Assembly: GCA_046734955.1 (NCBI GenBank)
Contig: JBKPSH010000113.1
Location: 33,518-97,517 of the forward strand
Origin: Acidobacteriota bacterium
GTDB lineage: Bacteria; Acidobacteriota; Vicinamibacteria; Vicinamibacterales; 2-12-FULL-66-21
Reading direction: 5' to 3'
DNA: 64,000 bases
Shown: positions 10,971 through 19,925 of the stretch, piece after piece
How the letters are laid out: each line of letters opens with the position of its first letter
Position numbering within the stretch: the stretch's first letter is position 1
The notes under the pieces: model-generated
Told to the model about the DNA's origin: nothing
Databases searched by the model: none
Seen by the model: only the letters and a program-made list of their open reading frames with translations
Made by a program: the position numbers and the translations under genes

Positions 10971-11001
10971 GCCCTTGTTCCTTTTCCCTTGTCCCTTCCG
11001 C
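10971..11001. repeat. Solo pyrimidine-rich arm (CTTTTCC class)
   Basis: GCCCTTGTTCCTTTTCCCTTGTCCCTTCCGC directly after the hisA stop. It resembles the right arm of the hairpin at 19902-19920. No partner arm lies nearby. Confidence 0.5.
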
Positions 11002-11045
11002 AAGAAATAAACGCTGCGAGCGGTGCTTTCGTCTAAGCAACCGCT

Positions 11046-11738
11046 ATGAAAAACAGCCTCCTCGCCCTCCTCCTCGTCGCCCTGGTCGCCGCTCCGGCTG
11101 CGGCACAGAGAAAAGAAACCGAAACCGTAGACCGGACACTGGCTTTTCAGAGTGGCGGAACGGTCAAACTGAAGAACTTCTCAGGAGATGCCCGCATCAG
11201 CGGGAGTGCCTCCAACGAAGTCGTCATTCACGCTGTTCGAAAAGGCACCCGGGACCAGCTCGACAACATCAAGCTCGACATTCAGGCGTCAGGCTCGACG
11301 ATCGACATCGAAGCAAATTCTCGCAATCCTGGCTGGGATCACCACAACGACAACGTCGTCGAGACCGAGTTCGAGATTCAGGTGCCGGCATCGACGGAAC
11401 TCGATCTCCACGCCTTTTCCGGAAACTTGATCGTGCGTGGCACGACCGCCAGCATCGAGGCCAAGACCTTCAGCGGCGACGTCGACCTCGATGTTTCCAC
11501 CGCCCCAGCGGCGCCTGACGTGAAGGCCGAGACCTTCAGTGGCGATATCGCGGCAAAACTGCCCGATATGTCGAACGGTCACGTGCGATTCAACAGTTTC
11601 AGCGGAGATTTTCGAAGTGACTTTCCCGTGCTGCTGAAATCGAGATCGAAACGCGATATTTCCGCCGATCTTGGCAGCGGCGGAGGCGCCAACCTCGAGT
11701 TCAAGACCTTCAGCGGAGACCTCAAACTGGTCAAGTAA
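11046..11738 (+). CDS. Secreted DUF4097-like repeat protein (putative adhesin fold)
   Basis: 230 aa with signal peptide MKNSLLALLLVALVAAPAAAQ and six spaced (N/T/S/A)FSG(D/N) repeats. Confidence 0.7.
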   Translation: MKNSLLALLLVALVAAPAAAQRKETETVDRTLAFQSGGTVKLKNFSGDARISGSASNEVVIHAVRKGTRDQLDNIKLDIQASGSTIDIEANSRNPGWDHHNDNVVETEFEIQVPASTELDLHAFSGNLIVRGTTASIEAKTFSGDVDLDVSTAPAAPDVKAETFSGDIAAKLPDMSNGHVRFNSFSGDFRSDFPVLLKSRSKRDISADLGSGGGANLEFKTFSGDLKLVK

Positions 11739-11764
11739 TCGACGGTTGCATTACGCTGGCTCGG

Positions 11765-14158
11765 ATGCTGCGCCGGCGTAATGCTGCAACCCTTCTCCTC
11801 GTCCTCCTTCCCGCGTTCGCGGCGTGCAGCCGGAACGCGGGGGTCTTTTCCGAACAAAACGCGCGCGCTCATGTCTCGATGCTCGCCGGCACGATTGGAA
11901 GCCGGCCGGTCGGCAGCGAGGCGAACGCCCGCGCCCGCGCGTACGTAATCGATCAGTTAAAGCTGTACGGTTACGAAGTGCGCGTCCAGGAGAGCGACGC
12001 CCGCCGTCCGGAGATCGGGCGCACTGCACATGTATCGAACATCATCGCCACGCTGACTGGACGCCGGCCGGAGGCCGTTGGTCTCGTATCGCATTACGAC
12101 TCGGCCCCCGAGTCGCCGGGGGCCGCCGACGATGGGCTCGGGGTCGCCGTTGTTCTCGAAACCGCACGAGTTCTTGCCGCCCGCGCTGACCGCCAATGGA
12201 CGACGTTTGTTCTCGTCACCGATGGCGAAGAAGCGAGCCTGATGGGCGCTGCCGCGCTGGTCACCGATCGCGTCATCGCCTCGAACTTGAAGGCCTACAT
12301 CAACGTGGAGGCCGCAGGATCCGATGGCGCCGCAGTGCTCTTTCAGACCGGGCCTGGCAATGGGTGGCTCACGAGCGCGTGGGCGCGGCGCGCGCCGCAC
12401 CCGCGGGGCGGATCGTTCGGCATCGAGGTCTATCGCCGCCTTCCCAACGACACTGATTTCACCATTCTTGCCCGCGAGAACGTTCCCGGCCTCAACTTCG
12501 CAGCCGTCGACGACGGGTACAGCTATCACACCGCACGAGACGAACCGGATCGACTCTCGTCGGATTCGCTGCGCATGACCGGCGAGAACATCGTTGCGGT
12601 CGCGACAATGCTCGAAGGAATGGACATCACGAGACGGCAACGTTGGGAAGCCACCTACTTCGACATTGGGCGGGTCTCGGCCCTGAGTTACGGCATGGTC
12701 GCGAGTTGGATCATCGATGCGGCGGCGCTGCTGTTTGGTGTCATTGCATGGGTTCGAGTCATGTCGGCGGCGCTGAGGCTTGCAGGTCGGATGCGTTGGA
12801 GTCTCGCCGCGATTTGGTCGCTCATCGCGGTCACCCTGGTTGTCGTCGCCATGATCGAAGCCACCTGGGCACTCCGCGTGGCGCGACAGGTGTATCACCC
12901 GTGGTACGCCTATCCAGATCGATTGCTCCTGCTCTTGTCAGCCGTCGCGGTTGCCACCGGATGGGCCATGGCACGGTTCGGCGCGCTCCTGCCGGCGCGA
13001 GTCCGTGCGCCGCGTGATCCGATGATCACGTGGAGCCTGGCGCTGCCGATCTGGATTCTGCTTGCGGCGGGTGCAACATGGCTTGCCCCAAGCGCTGCAT
13101 ATCTGTGGACGGTGCCGCTTCTGGTCGCGGGCGTGTGTCTCATCGCGGCTTCGGCACTTTTTCAAGATCGGATCCCGGTCCACGGATCCCGGCCTTCGAC
13201 AGGCGCAGGCCGCCCCGAGCCTGCCGAGTGGAGGATCCCGATCGCGATCGCGTCCATCATCGTTCTCGCCGTAACCGGAACTCTCTGGTTGCGAAATACC
13301 GTCGACCTGCTGCGATTCGCGAACGCCGTGTTCGGAAGACTGCCGCTCATCACGCCGGTGTACGTGTTTGCCGGAATCATCGCGGCTGCGGGTCTCATGG
13401 TCGCGCCGCCACTCATCGCCCTCATGACGCGACCCGCACCGATACGAAGACCGTCGCTGGTAACCGCGTTGTGCCTGCTGATAGTCGCGATCGCGACCGG
13501 CGTCGCCTCGCTCGCGCCGGCGTACACCTACGAGCGCCCTCTTCGCCGGCATGTTCGCGCACTGCAGGAGCCAGCCAGCCCCACGGCGATCTGGGAAATC
13601 GCGTCGAATGAGCCTGGCATCGATCTCGCGGTGGGCGCGCCGATCGGATGGACGCTCCAGAAGGACGCCGTGAGTGCGAATATCCCGTGGGGCCGGTTCA
13701 GTAATCCGTTTGTTTTTCGCACCCGCAGCGAGCCCCTGGGACCGGCACCCGCCGATGTCGCCGGATTCGCGATCACGCCAGGGCAAGAGGCGGTTGACGT
13801 ATCGGCGAGCGTCGTCCCTCACCGGGGTGGTCTTGCGATCTCGTTCGTCCTTCCGTCTGGCGTCAGCCCGTTGCGTTCGAATTTTCCTGGCGCCCTGCGC
13901 CTGGGCCAATGGGTCGCGACGTTCGTTGCGCCGCCGTCGGAAGGGATTGCCTGGCGCGCGACGTTCGCCGCCGCCGACGCCCCGCGTCTCGGCGACGTTC
14001 GCATCGTCGTCACCGATTCCGGCTTCCCGGCCGGCATCGGCTGGCAGCGGTTGCCGGCATGGCTGCCGCAGGATCGAGCGGTATGGACGGCGACGGCAAC
14101 CTGGATCCTGATTCCCGGGCAAAGCTCGCCGGTTGAACCTGGACCGGCATTACGCTAA
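11765..14158 (+). CDS. M28-family metallopeptidase fused to a polytopic membrane domain
   Basis: 797 aa. Lipoprotein-like N-terminus (LLPAFAAC). M28 motifs SHYDSAPESPGAADDGLG and TDGEEASLMG. These are followed by multiple hydrophobic segments and a C-terminal soluble domain. Confidence 0.8.
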   Translation: MLRRRNAATLLLVLLPAFAACSRNAGVFSEQNARAHVSMLAGTIGSRPVGSEANARARAYVIDQLKLYGYEVRVQESDARRPEIGRTAHVSNIIATLTGRRPEAVGLVSHYDSAPESPGAADDGLGVAVVLETARVLAARADRQWTTFVLVTDGEEASLMGAAALVTDRVIASNLKAYINVEAAGSDGAAVLFQTGPGNGWLTSAWARRAPHPRGGSFGIEVYRRLPNDTDFTILARENVPGLNFAAVDDGYSYHTARDEPDRLSSDSLRMTGENIVAVATMLEGMDITRRQRWEATYFDIGRVSALSYGMVASWIIDAAALLFGVIAWVRVMSAALRLAGRMRWSLAAIWSLIAVTLVVVAMIEATWALRVARQVYHPWYAYPDRLLLLLSAVAVATGWAMARFGALLPARVRAPRDPMITWSLALPIWILLAAGATWLAPSAAYLWTVPLLVAGVCLIAASALFQDRIPVHGSRPSTGAGRPEPAEWRIPIAIASIIVLAVTGTLWLRNTVDLLRFANAVFGRLPLITPVYVFAGIIAAAGLMVAPPLIALMTRPAPIRRPSLVTALCLLIVAIATGVASLAPAYTYERPLRRHVRALQEPASPTAIWEIASNEPGIDLAVGAPIGWTLQKDAVSANIPWGRFSNPFVFRTRSEPLGPAPADVAGFAITPGQEAVDVSASVVPHRGGLAISFVLPSGVSPLRSNFPGALRLGQWVATFVAPPSEGIAWRATFAAADAPRLGDVRIVVTDSGFPAGIGWQRLPAWLPQDRAVWTATATWILIPGQSSPVEPGPALR

Positions 14159-14191
14159 ACTACGTAACCGTTACGTCGTTTGACGTAATGC
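14147..14191. repeat. 45-nt imperfect palindrome (candidate operator or hairpin)
   Basis: GCATTACGcTAAACtACGTAAC-C-GTTACGTcGTTTgaCGTAATGC centred on 14169. The inner 7+1+7 core is perfect and the outer 8-bp arms are perfect. It spans the M28 stop codon and lies 26 nt upstream of the ATPase gene. Confidence 0.8.
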
Positions 14192-14216
14192 CCCCAGCAC
14201 AGGCTGTGACCCTCGG

Positions 14217-15362
14217 GTGATGATGAATAATCCGTTCGTCTACGGTGAAGTCGTGCCGGTCACGGCGTTTGTCGATCGCGAAACCGAGCTCGACCGGTTG
14301 CGCGGCGACTTGCTGGCCGGACAGAAAATCTTTCTCATCTCGCCGCGCCGCTACGGCAAATCGTCGCTGGTCCGGCAGGCGCTCCGGGCCGCCACTCGGT
14401 CGGGGGCGCTCACGGTCGAGGTTACGGTCAGCAGTTACAGTTCGTATGTGGCATTCCTCGAAGGGTACGCGCGCGCTCTTCTTGCGGTGGAGACGCGCAT
14501 CGACAAAGCTAGGACGTGGCTACGCGAAATGCTCGGCGCCGTGCGACCGGAAGTGAGAGTGGAAGCTGATGAAGACGGCACGGCCCAACTCGCGCTCTCC
14601 TTTCCATCCGCGCGCACCGAAAGAGACGTGTCACGCCTCGCGCAGGAGGTCTTTGCGCTTCCCGGACGAGTGGCTGAGATCCGGCGGCGAAAAATGGCGA
14701 TCGCGCTCGACGAGTTCCAGGCCATCGCTTCGTTCAACGGCGGCAGTGTCGAGCAGACGCTTCGCGCGGCAGTGCAACATCAACGCGACGTCGGCTACGT
14801 CTTCTCCGGCTCGGAGCCGAGCCTGATGGAGCGAATGCTCGGACGGAGCCGTCCGTTCTACAAGGCCGGGCCGGTCATGCGTCTGCAGAAAATTCCCGCC
14901 GAACGGTTCGCCGACTTCATCGAGGCGCGGTTCCGCGCCACGCGGCTCCGCCCGGCACCAGGACTTGGCGCCGCGATCGTCGAGCTCGCCGGCAATCTTC
15001 CCTACGACGTGCAGCGTCTTGCGCACGAGGTCTGGGACGATGCGCAGGGACGAAAGAACGTGGGTGTGGACGATCTTCACGACACATTGCGTCGCCTGCT
15101 CGGTGAGCATGAAGCCATCTTCGAGGCGAGCTGGCAGCGCCTGACGCTGGTGCAGCGAGCGGCGCTCCGCAGCGCTGTTCTCGAGGATGGGCGCGAGCTT
15201 CTCTCTGCCGACGTTCGCGCCCGGTACAGACTCGGCGGCGCGTCGACCGTGCAGGCGTCACTTACCGCCCTGGTGCGTGAAGACATCCTCGCGCGCGAAG
15301 GCTCGCGTTATGCTGTCGTCGACTCGCTGTTTCGTGAGTGGGTTGCGAGAAAGACGCATTGA
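14217..15362 (+). CDS. Arch-type AAA ATPase (PF01637-like ATP-binding protein)
   Basis: 381 aa. Walker A LISPRRYGKSSL and Walker B AIALDEFQ. The start is GTG 14217 or ATG 14220. Confidence 0.7.
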   Translation: MMMNNPFVYGEVVPVTAFVDRETELDRLRGDLLAGQKIFLISPRRYGKSSLVRQALRAATRSGALTVEVTVSSYSSYVAFLEGYARALLAVETRIDKARTWLREMLGAVRPEVRVEADEDGTAQLALSFPSARTERDVSRLAQEVFALPGRVAEIRRRKMAIALDEFQAIASFNGGSVEQTLRAAVQHQRDVGYVFSGSEPSLMERMLGRSRPFYKAGPVMRLQKIPAERFADFIEARFRATRLRPAPGLGAAIVELAGNLPYDVQRLAHEVWDDAQGRKNVGVDDLHDTLRRLLGEHEAIFEASWQRLTLVQRAALRSAVLEDGRELLSADVRARYRLGGASTVQASLTALVREDILAREGSRYAVVDSLFREWVARKTH

Positions 15363-15374
15363 TTCTTTCGATGT

Positions 15375-15405
15375 CGGGATCCGTTGTGCGGGATCCGGAT
15401 CCCGG
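15375..15405. repeat. CGGGATC repeat element, copy A
   Basis: CGGGATCCGTTGTGCGGGATCCGGATCCCGG contains a perfect 16-nt palindrome (15389-15404). A near-identical copy lies at 55945-55974. Confidence 0.75.
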
Positions 15406-15440
15406 ACACCGGATCACGGATTCCGGTACGACTCATTCTC

Positions 15441-16766
15441 ATGGCAACCTCACCCTTCGTCCGCTTCCTCGCGCGAACCGCCTGCGGGTTGTTCTATCGC
15501 GCTGATTGCGTGAGCCAGCCGCCGCCATCTGGAGCGGCGCTGCTGCTGCCGAATCACCCGAACGCGCTGCTCGATCCGGCGGTGATCTGGGCAACCGCAG
15601 GACGCGATGTGCGGTTCCTTGCGAAATCAACGCTGTTTGATGGTCCGTTACGTTTTCTCGTCGCCGGGTCTGGTGCAATCCCGGTCTACCGCAAACTGGA
15701 TCAGGGGGTGGACGTTTCCAGGAACACGGAGACGTTCGCCGCAGTCGATGCCGCGCTCGCCGACGGAGATGCAATCTGCATCTTTCCCGAAGGCATCAGC
15801 CATTCATCAGGCCGTCTGGAACCGCTGCGAACCGGGGCCGCGCGGATGGCACTGAGCGCAGAGCGAGGCGGGACGCGCGTCAATCTCGTACCCGTCGGGC
15901 TCAACTTCGAACGCAAGACGACGTTTCGATCTCGCGTCACCGTCGTGTACGGTCAGCCATTCACCGGCGAGGACCTCGCGGAGACAACACGGCATCCCGA
16001 CGGCGTGCGCGAACTGACAGACCGGATCGCCGCCCGAATGCGGCGCTTGTTGATCGAAGCGGAGTCAAAGACGGATGTCGCAATTGTCGAACGCGTCGAT
16101 CGTATGTATTCCGCGGCACGTGGAGTCGGCCGCGATCCACACGAACGGCTGGTGCGGCGCCGCATCATCGCGGCTGGTATTGAGCGGCTACGCGCAACGG
16201 ATCCGCAGAGGTACGACGAGATTCTTCTTCGATTCCACCGGTATCAAAACCGCCTGGAAAGATTCGGACTTCGCGACCGCCATCTCGATTGGACCATCTC
16301 GACGCCTGATGCGGTGAAGTTCGCCGTGATGGAAGCGCTGCGCGCGATTGTTTTCGTCCCACTGGCAATCGCGGCGCTGGTGCTTTTTGCCGTTCCATAC
16401 CACCTTACCGGCTTCGCCGCGCGATGGTTCACGCGCGAGCCGGACGTCGCGGCTACGGCGAAGGTGGTCGGCGGATTCTTGATCTATAGCGCCTGGCTGG
16501 CCGCGTTGGGAGTCGCCGCTGCGGCTGCCGGCATGCCTCATCCAGTTGTGATTACGCTGGTGATCCTGCCTGCGATCGCCGTCGCCGGGCTGTTTGCGAT
16601 CGAACGCGAGTCGGCCGTCCTCGATGCGATCCGCGCATGGTTCTTGTTGACGCGAAAACGCGCCGACACGCGGGAGCGTCTCCGTCGTCGACGATCAGAA
16701 CTCGCCGATGTGCTCGATGAGGTAAATGAGTGGATGACGAAGAAGTCTGAAATTGCTGATTGTTGA
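15441..16766 (+). CDS. PlsC-family acyltransferase with C-terminal membrane domain
   Basis: ATG 15441 (MATSPFVRFLART). HX4D motif PNHPNALLD and FPEGISHS are present, with hydrophobic C-terminal segments. The upstream part of the ORF from 15384 is repeat sequence. Confidence 0.78.
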   Translation: MATSPFVRFLARTACGLFYRADCVSQPPPSGAALLLPNHPNALLDPAVIWATAGRDVRFLAKSTLFDGPLRFLVAGSGAIPVYRKLDQGVDVSRNTETFAAVDAALADGDAICIFPEGISHSSGRLEPLRTGAARMALSAERGGTRVNLVPVGLNFERKTTFRSRVTVVYGQPFTGEDLAETTRHPDGVRELTDRIAARMRRLLIEAESKTDVAIVERVDRMYSAARGVGRDPHERLVRRRIIAAGIERLRATDPQRYDEILLRFHRYQNRLERFGLRDRHLDWTISTPDAVKFAVMEALRAIVFVPLAIAALVLFAVPYHLTGFAARWFTREPDVAATAKVVGGFLIYSAWLAALGVAAAAAGMPHPVVITLVILPAIAVAGLFAIERESAVLDAIRAWFLLTRKRADTRERLRRRRSELADVLDEVNEWMTKKSEIADC

Positions 16767-16828
16767 TTGTTGATTGCTGATTTAAGAGCATCGGACTTTC
16801 AATCAGCAATCGACAATCAGCATTTTCA
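16748..16828. repeat. GCTGATT/AATCAGC heptamer hairpin between convergent genes
   Basis: The left arm is (GCTGATT GTTGATT GTTGATT GCTGATT) at 16755-16782. The right arm is AATCAGCAATCGACAATCAGCATTTTCA at 16801-16828. The element contains both flanking stop codons (16764-66 and 16826-28). Confidence 0.8.
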
Positions 16829-18898
16829 GTTCAACAGATACTGCTTAATAAACGTGATCCAGGTGTAAAACCAGAAATTGTTGTTCGCCGGTCGGGCCCA
16901 AAACGCGTGACCCTCGTCCGCGTAGATCGTCAGCCAAACCGGCACGCCATTCGCTCGCACGATTCGCGCCATCTCTTCCGCCTGCGCCGGCGGCACGCGA
17001 GTATCGTTCGCTCCGTGAACGATGAACAATGGAATGCGCAGCTTCGACGCATTCGTGATCGGTGAGATGCGCTTCAGGAAATCGCGCATCTCCGGGACCC
17101 GTTCATCCCCGTACTCCGCACGACGATCCTCCGGTCGCGTCGGATCAGTCGTCTCCAAATAGGTAATGAAGTCCGATATGCCCGCCGCTGCAAGCGCGCC
17201 GCGCAGCCGCGAGCTATACATCTCGGCGGCGGCGTAGGTCATATAGCCGCCGTAGCTGACGCCGTTTACCATGACCCGGTTCTTGTCGAGGGCCGGCTCC
17301 GTCTCAATCCAGTCGAGCAGCGCGCCGATGTCCTTTACCGAATCTTCCCGTTTCATCCCGTCATCGAGCCGACCGAAGGCCTTTCCAAAACCCCAGCTTC
17401 CCCGAACGTTCGGAAACACCAGCGCGATCCCAAGCTCGTTCAAGAGGTACGCGCTTCGTCCTTGATATCGCGGACGTTCGCGCGACGTCGGTCCGCCCGG
17501 GCCGCCGTGGATCGTAATGATGACCGGCCGCGGTCCGGTGAATCGCGCCGGCGGACGGTACAGGATTCCGGAAATCGTCAACCCGTCGAAGCTTTTCCAC
17601 CTGACGATTTCCGGTTCGGGCAAAGATTCGGGATCGAACGCGCCAAATTCGCTCTTCGTCCAACGCTCGACAGCACCTGTACGCGCATTCACGCCAAAGA
17701 CATCACCAAACGTTCGAAGTGACCAAAGCGAGAACGCGACTTCGCTGCTGTCGGACCGCCACAGCGGCGACCGTCCCAAGAGCTGACCGGCGGGAAGCTT
17801 CGGAGCCCAACGAACCTTGAAGGTGTTCGCGTCGATCAATTCGACCCGGCTGCTCGTGGTGCTATCGAACACGGCGGCGATGTTCTTGCCATCTGGAGAG
17901 AGTCCGAAGGACTCCAAATCGTCCGCCTCAGCGGTAATCGGTTTCCACGTCCCATTTGCCGGTTCGCCGCGCCACAGCCGAAGCGTCTCCGAGTCGCGGT
18001 TAGTGAGAACGTACACATATCGTCCATCCGGAGAGAAGACCGGCGATCGCCATACCGCGGGACTTCCCTCTGGACTGATCCGCGTTTTCTGACCCGACTT
18101 GAGATTGACACGCCACACCGAGGTTCGCGTGTTCTCCGACGGAGCATTGACGACCAGCAGTTCGCTATCGTCGGGGGACCAATCGGCAACGCTCCAGTTC
18201 CCCTCGACGTCGGAGACGAGCCTCGCACTCAAAGGATTCGTGGGATCCATTACCCACAGATCGCGATCGGCCCCCCCGTGTCCGCCCCGGCGTGTGGACT
18301 CGAATGCGATGAGACCCGAGCGATGTGACCACACGGGCAATCCATTACGCGACTTCCCATCAGTCAGGAGCGTCGTTTTCCTGGTCGCAAGATCGAAACG
18401 AAACAGCTGCATCGCTTCGCCGCCGCTCGTCGAGTCCTTGCTAAAGAGGACATACGCGCCGTCTGGTGAATACCAGGCGCCGACGCTTCCTGTGACGACG
18501 CCTCCCGCCGAGATGCCGGAGCCGGTCGGGAAGAACGTCAGTTGCTGCCGATCCATTCCTGGACCAGCGACCGAATGAAGCTGAAACGTGTTTCCGTCGA
18601 AGGCAGTCGTCACCAGAATCTCTCGCCGCGACGGATGCCACCCGAGCAGCAACGCCCGCCGCGATGCTGCGTATGGCGCGAGATCCTGGACGATTGAGGC
18701 GGGGATGGGCGGAAGTCCTTCAGCTTTGACGTTCGCTGGAACCGGTAGGAACTCCGCCGTGGAGTCACGGTTGGGCTCGGACCGCGGGGCCGGGGCCTGT
18801 GCGAGGACAGCAGTCGCCAAAGCTGGTCCGACGATGGCCAGGAGCGCGGCGCGGCAAAACTGAGTCATGAAAACTGACCGGGGGGGAACCGGTTTCAT
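16826..18898 (-). CDS. S9-family serine peptidase with N-terminal beta-propeller
   Basis: 690 aa. Signal peptide present. GVSYGGYM nucleophile elbow, HGANDTRVP and EGHAF triad contexts. ATG 18868 is an alternative start. Confidence 0.88.
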   Translation of the reverse strand: MKPVPPRSVFMTQFCRAALLAIVGPALATAVLAQAPAPRSEPNRDSTAEFLPVPANVKAEGLPPIPASIVQDLAPYAASRRALLLGWHPSRREILVTTAFDGNTFQLHSVAGPGMDRQQLTFFPTGSGISAGGVVTGSVGAWYSPDGAYVLFSKDSTSGGEAMQLFRFDLATRKTTLLTDGKSRNGLPVWSHRSGLIAFESTRRGGHGGADRDLWVMDPTNPLSARLVSDVEGNWSVADWSPDDSELLVVNAPSENTRTSVWRVNLKSGQKTRISPEGSPAVWRSPVFSPDGRYVYVLTNRDSETLRLWRGEPANGTWKPITAEADDLESFGLSPDGKNIAAVFDSTTSSRVELIDANTFKVRWAPKLPAGQLLGRSPLWRSDSSEVAFSLWSLRTFGDVFGVNARTGAVERWTKSEFGAFDPESLPEPEIVRWKSFDGLTISGILYRPPARFTGPRPVIITIHGGPGGPTSRERPRYQGRSAYLLNELGIALVFPNVRGSWGFGKAFGRLDDGMKREDSVKDIGALLDWIETEPALDKNRVMVNGVSYGGYMTYAAAEMYSSRLRGALAAAGISDFITYLETTDPTRPEDRRAEYGDERVPEMRDFLKRISPITNASKLRIPLFIVHGANDTRVPPAQAEEMARIVRANGVPVWLTIYADEGHAFWARPANNNFWFYTWITFIKQYLLN

Positions 18899-18933
18899 TA
18901 TAGTGCAAACTCAAAACCCTTCCTGCACGTCCA

Positions 18934-19875
18934 ATGCGCCGTATGAGAATCGTGATCGCCGGTGGGACGGGCTTCCTTGGGGTTGCACTCGCGGAAACTT
19001 ACGCCGAAGAAGGACACGACGTTCGTGTACTCACTCGTCACTTGCGGCCGGGTGAATCTCGTCACGATCCGGGCACGGGCGTCCCCGGTGTGACCCGCGT
19101 CGGCTGGCGTCCCGATGGCCGCGCAGACATCGGAACCGACGTGATCAACGGCGCCGACGCCGTCATCAACCTTTCAGGGGCCAACCTCGGAGACGCGCGC
19201 TGGACTCCGCAGCGCAAGGCAATTCTTCACGACAGCCGAATCCTTCCGACGCGCAGTCTCGCCGCCGCGATTACCGAAACTCCGGTTCGCCCACCTGTAT
19301 TCATCAGCGCGAGCGGTGTCGGGTACTACCGGTCGGGCAACGAACCGCTGACGGAAAGTTCCCCGGCCGGCAATGATTTCCTCGCCGAGCTCTGCAAAGA
19401 ATGGGAGCGCGAGGCGTTGCGAGCCCAGAGCGCCGCCACCCGTGTCGTCCCCATTCGTTCGGGTGTGGTACTCGAACGAAGCGGCGGCGTCCTGCCGCGG
19501 ATGATGACTCCTTTCCGTTTTTTCGTCGGCGGCCGACTCGGATCAGGAAGGCAGTACTTGTCCTGGATTCATCGAATCGACTGGATCGAAATGATTCGCT
19601 GGATCATCGACACGCCGTCGATCAGCGGCGCCGTGAACACGACTGCGCCCGTGCCTGTGACAAACCGCGAATTCGCGCGTGCCCTCGGCCGCGCGATGCA
19701 TCGCCCATCATTGATGCCGGCACCAGCATTCGCACTTCGATTGATTCTTGGTGAGATGGCCGATCCACTGACGCTTACCAGTCAACGGGTCATTCCGCAA
19801 TGCGCGCTCTCGCACGGGTTCCACTTCAGGTATCCGGAGATCGATCTGGCGTTCAGGGGGATCTTTGGTGATTGA
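18934..19875 (+). CDS. TIGR01777/YfcH-type NAD-dependent epimerase-family protein (DUF1731 C-terminus)
   Basis: 313 aa with Rossmann motif IAGGTGFLG. ATG 18943 (MRIVIAGG) is an equally plausible start. Confidence 0.8.
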   Translation: MRRMRIVIAGGTGFLGVALAETYAEEGHDVRVLTRHLRPGESRHDPGTGVPGVTRVGWRPDGRADIGTDVINGADAVINLSGANLGDARWTPQRKAILHDSRILPTRSLAAAITETPVRPPVFISASGVGYYRSGNEPLTESSPAGNDFLAELCKEWEREALRAQSAATRVVPIRSGVVLERSGGVLPRMMTPFRFFVGGRLGSGRQYLSWIHRIDWIEMIRWIIDTPSISGAVNTTAPVPVTNREFARALGRAMHRPSLMPAPAFALRLILGEMADPLTLTSQRVIPQCALSHGFHFRYPEIDLAFRGIFGD

Positions 19876-19878
19876 AAG

Positions 19879-19920
19879 AAAGGGAAAAGGGAAAAGGTAG
19901 ACCTTTTCCCTTTTCCCTTT
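19879..19920. repeat. Perfect 19-bp hairpin of AAAGGGA heptamers (likely bidirectional terminator)
   Basis: AAAGGGAAAAGGGAAAAGG (19879-19897), loop TAGA, then CCTTTTCCCTTTTCCCTTT (19902-19920). All 19 pairs are Watson-Crick. It lies between convergent stops at 19875 and 19926. Confidence 0.85.
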
Positions 19921-19925
19921 TGCCG

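Noticed and set aside
16748-16828. The heptamer repeat arrays (also at 34475, 51060 and 61293), considered as CRISPR arrays.
   Set aside because: The units are 7 nt with no spacers and the arrays fold as hairpins. No cas genes are present. They are not CRISPR.
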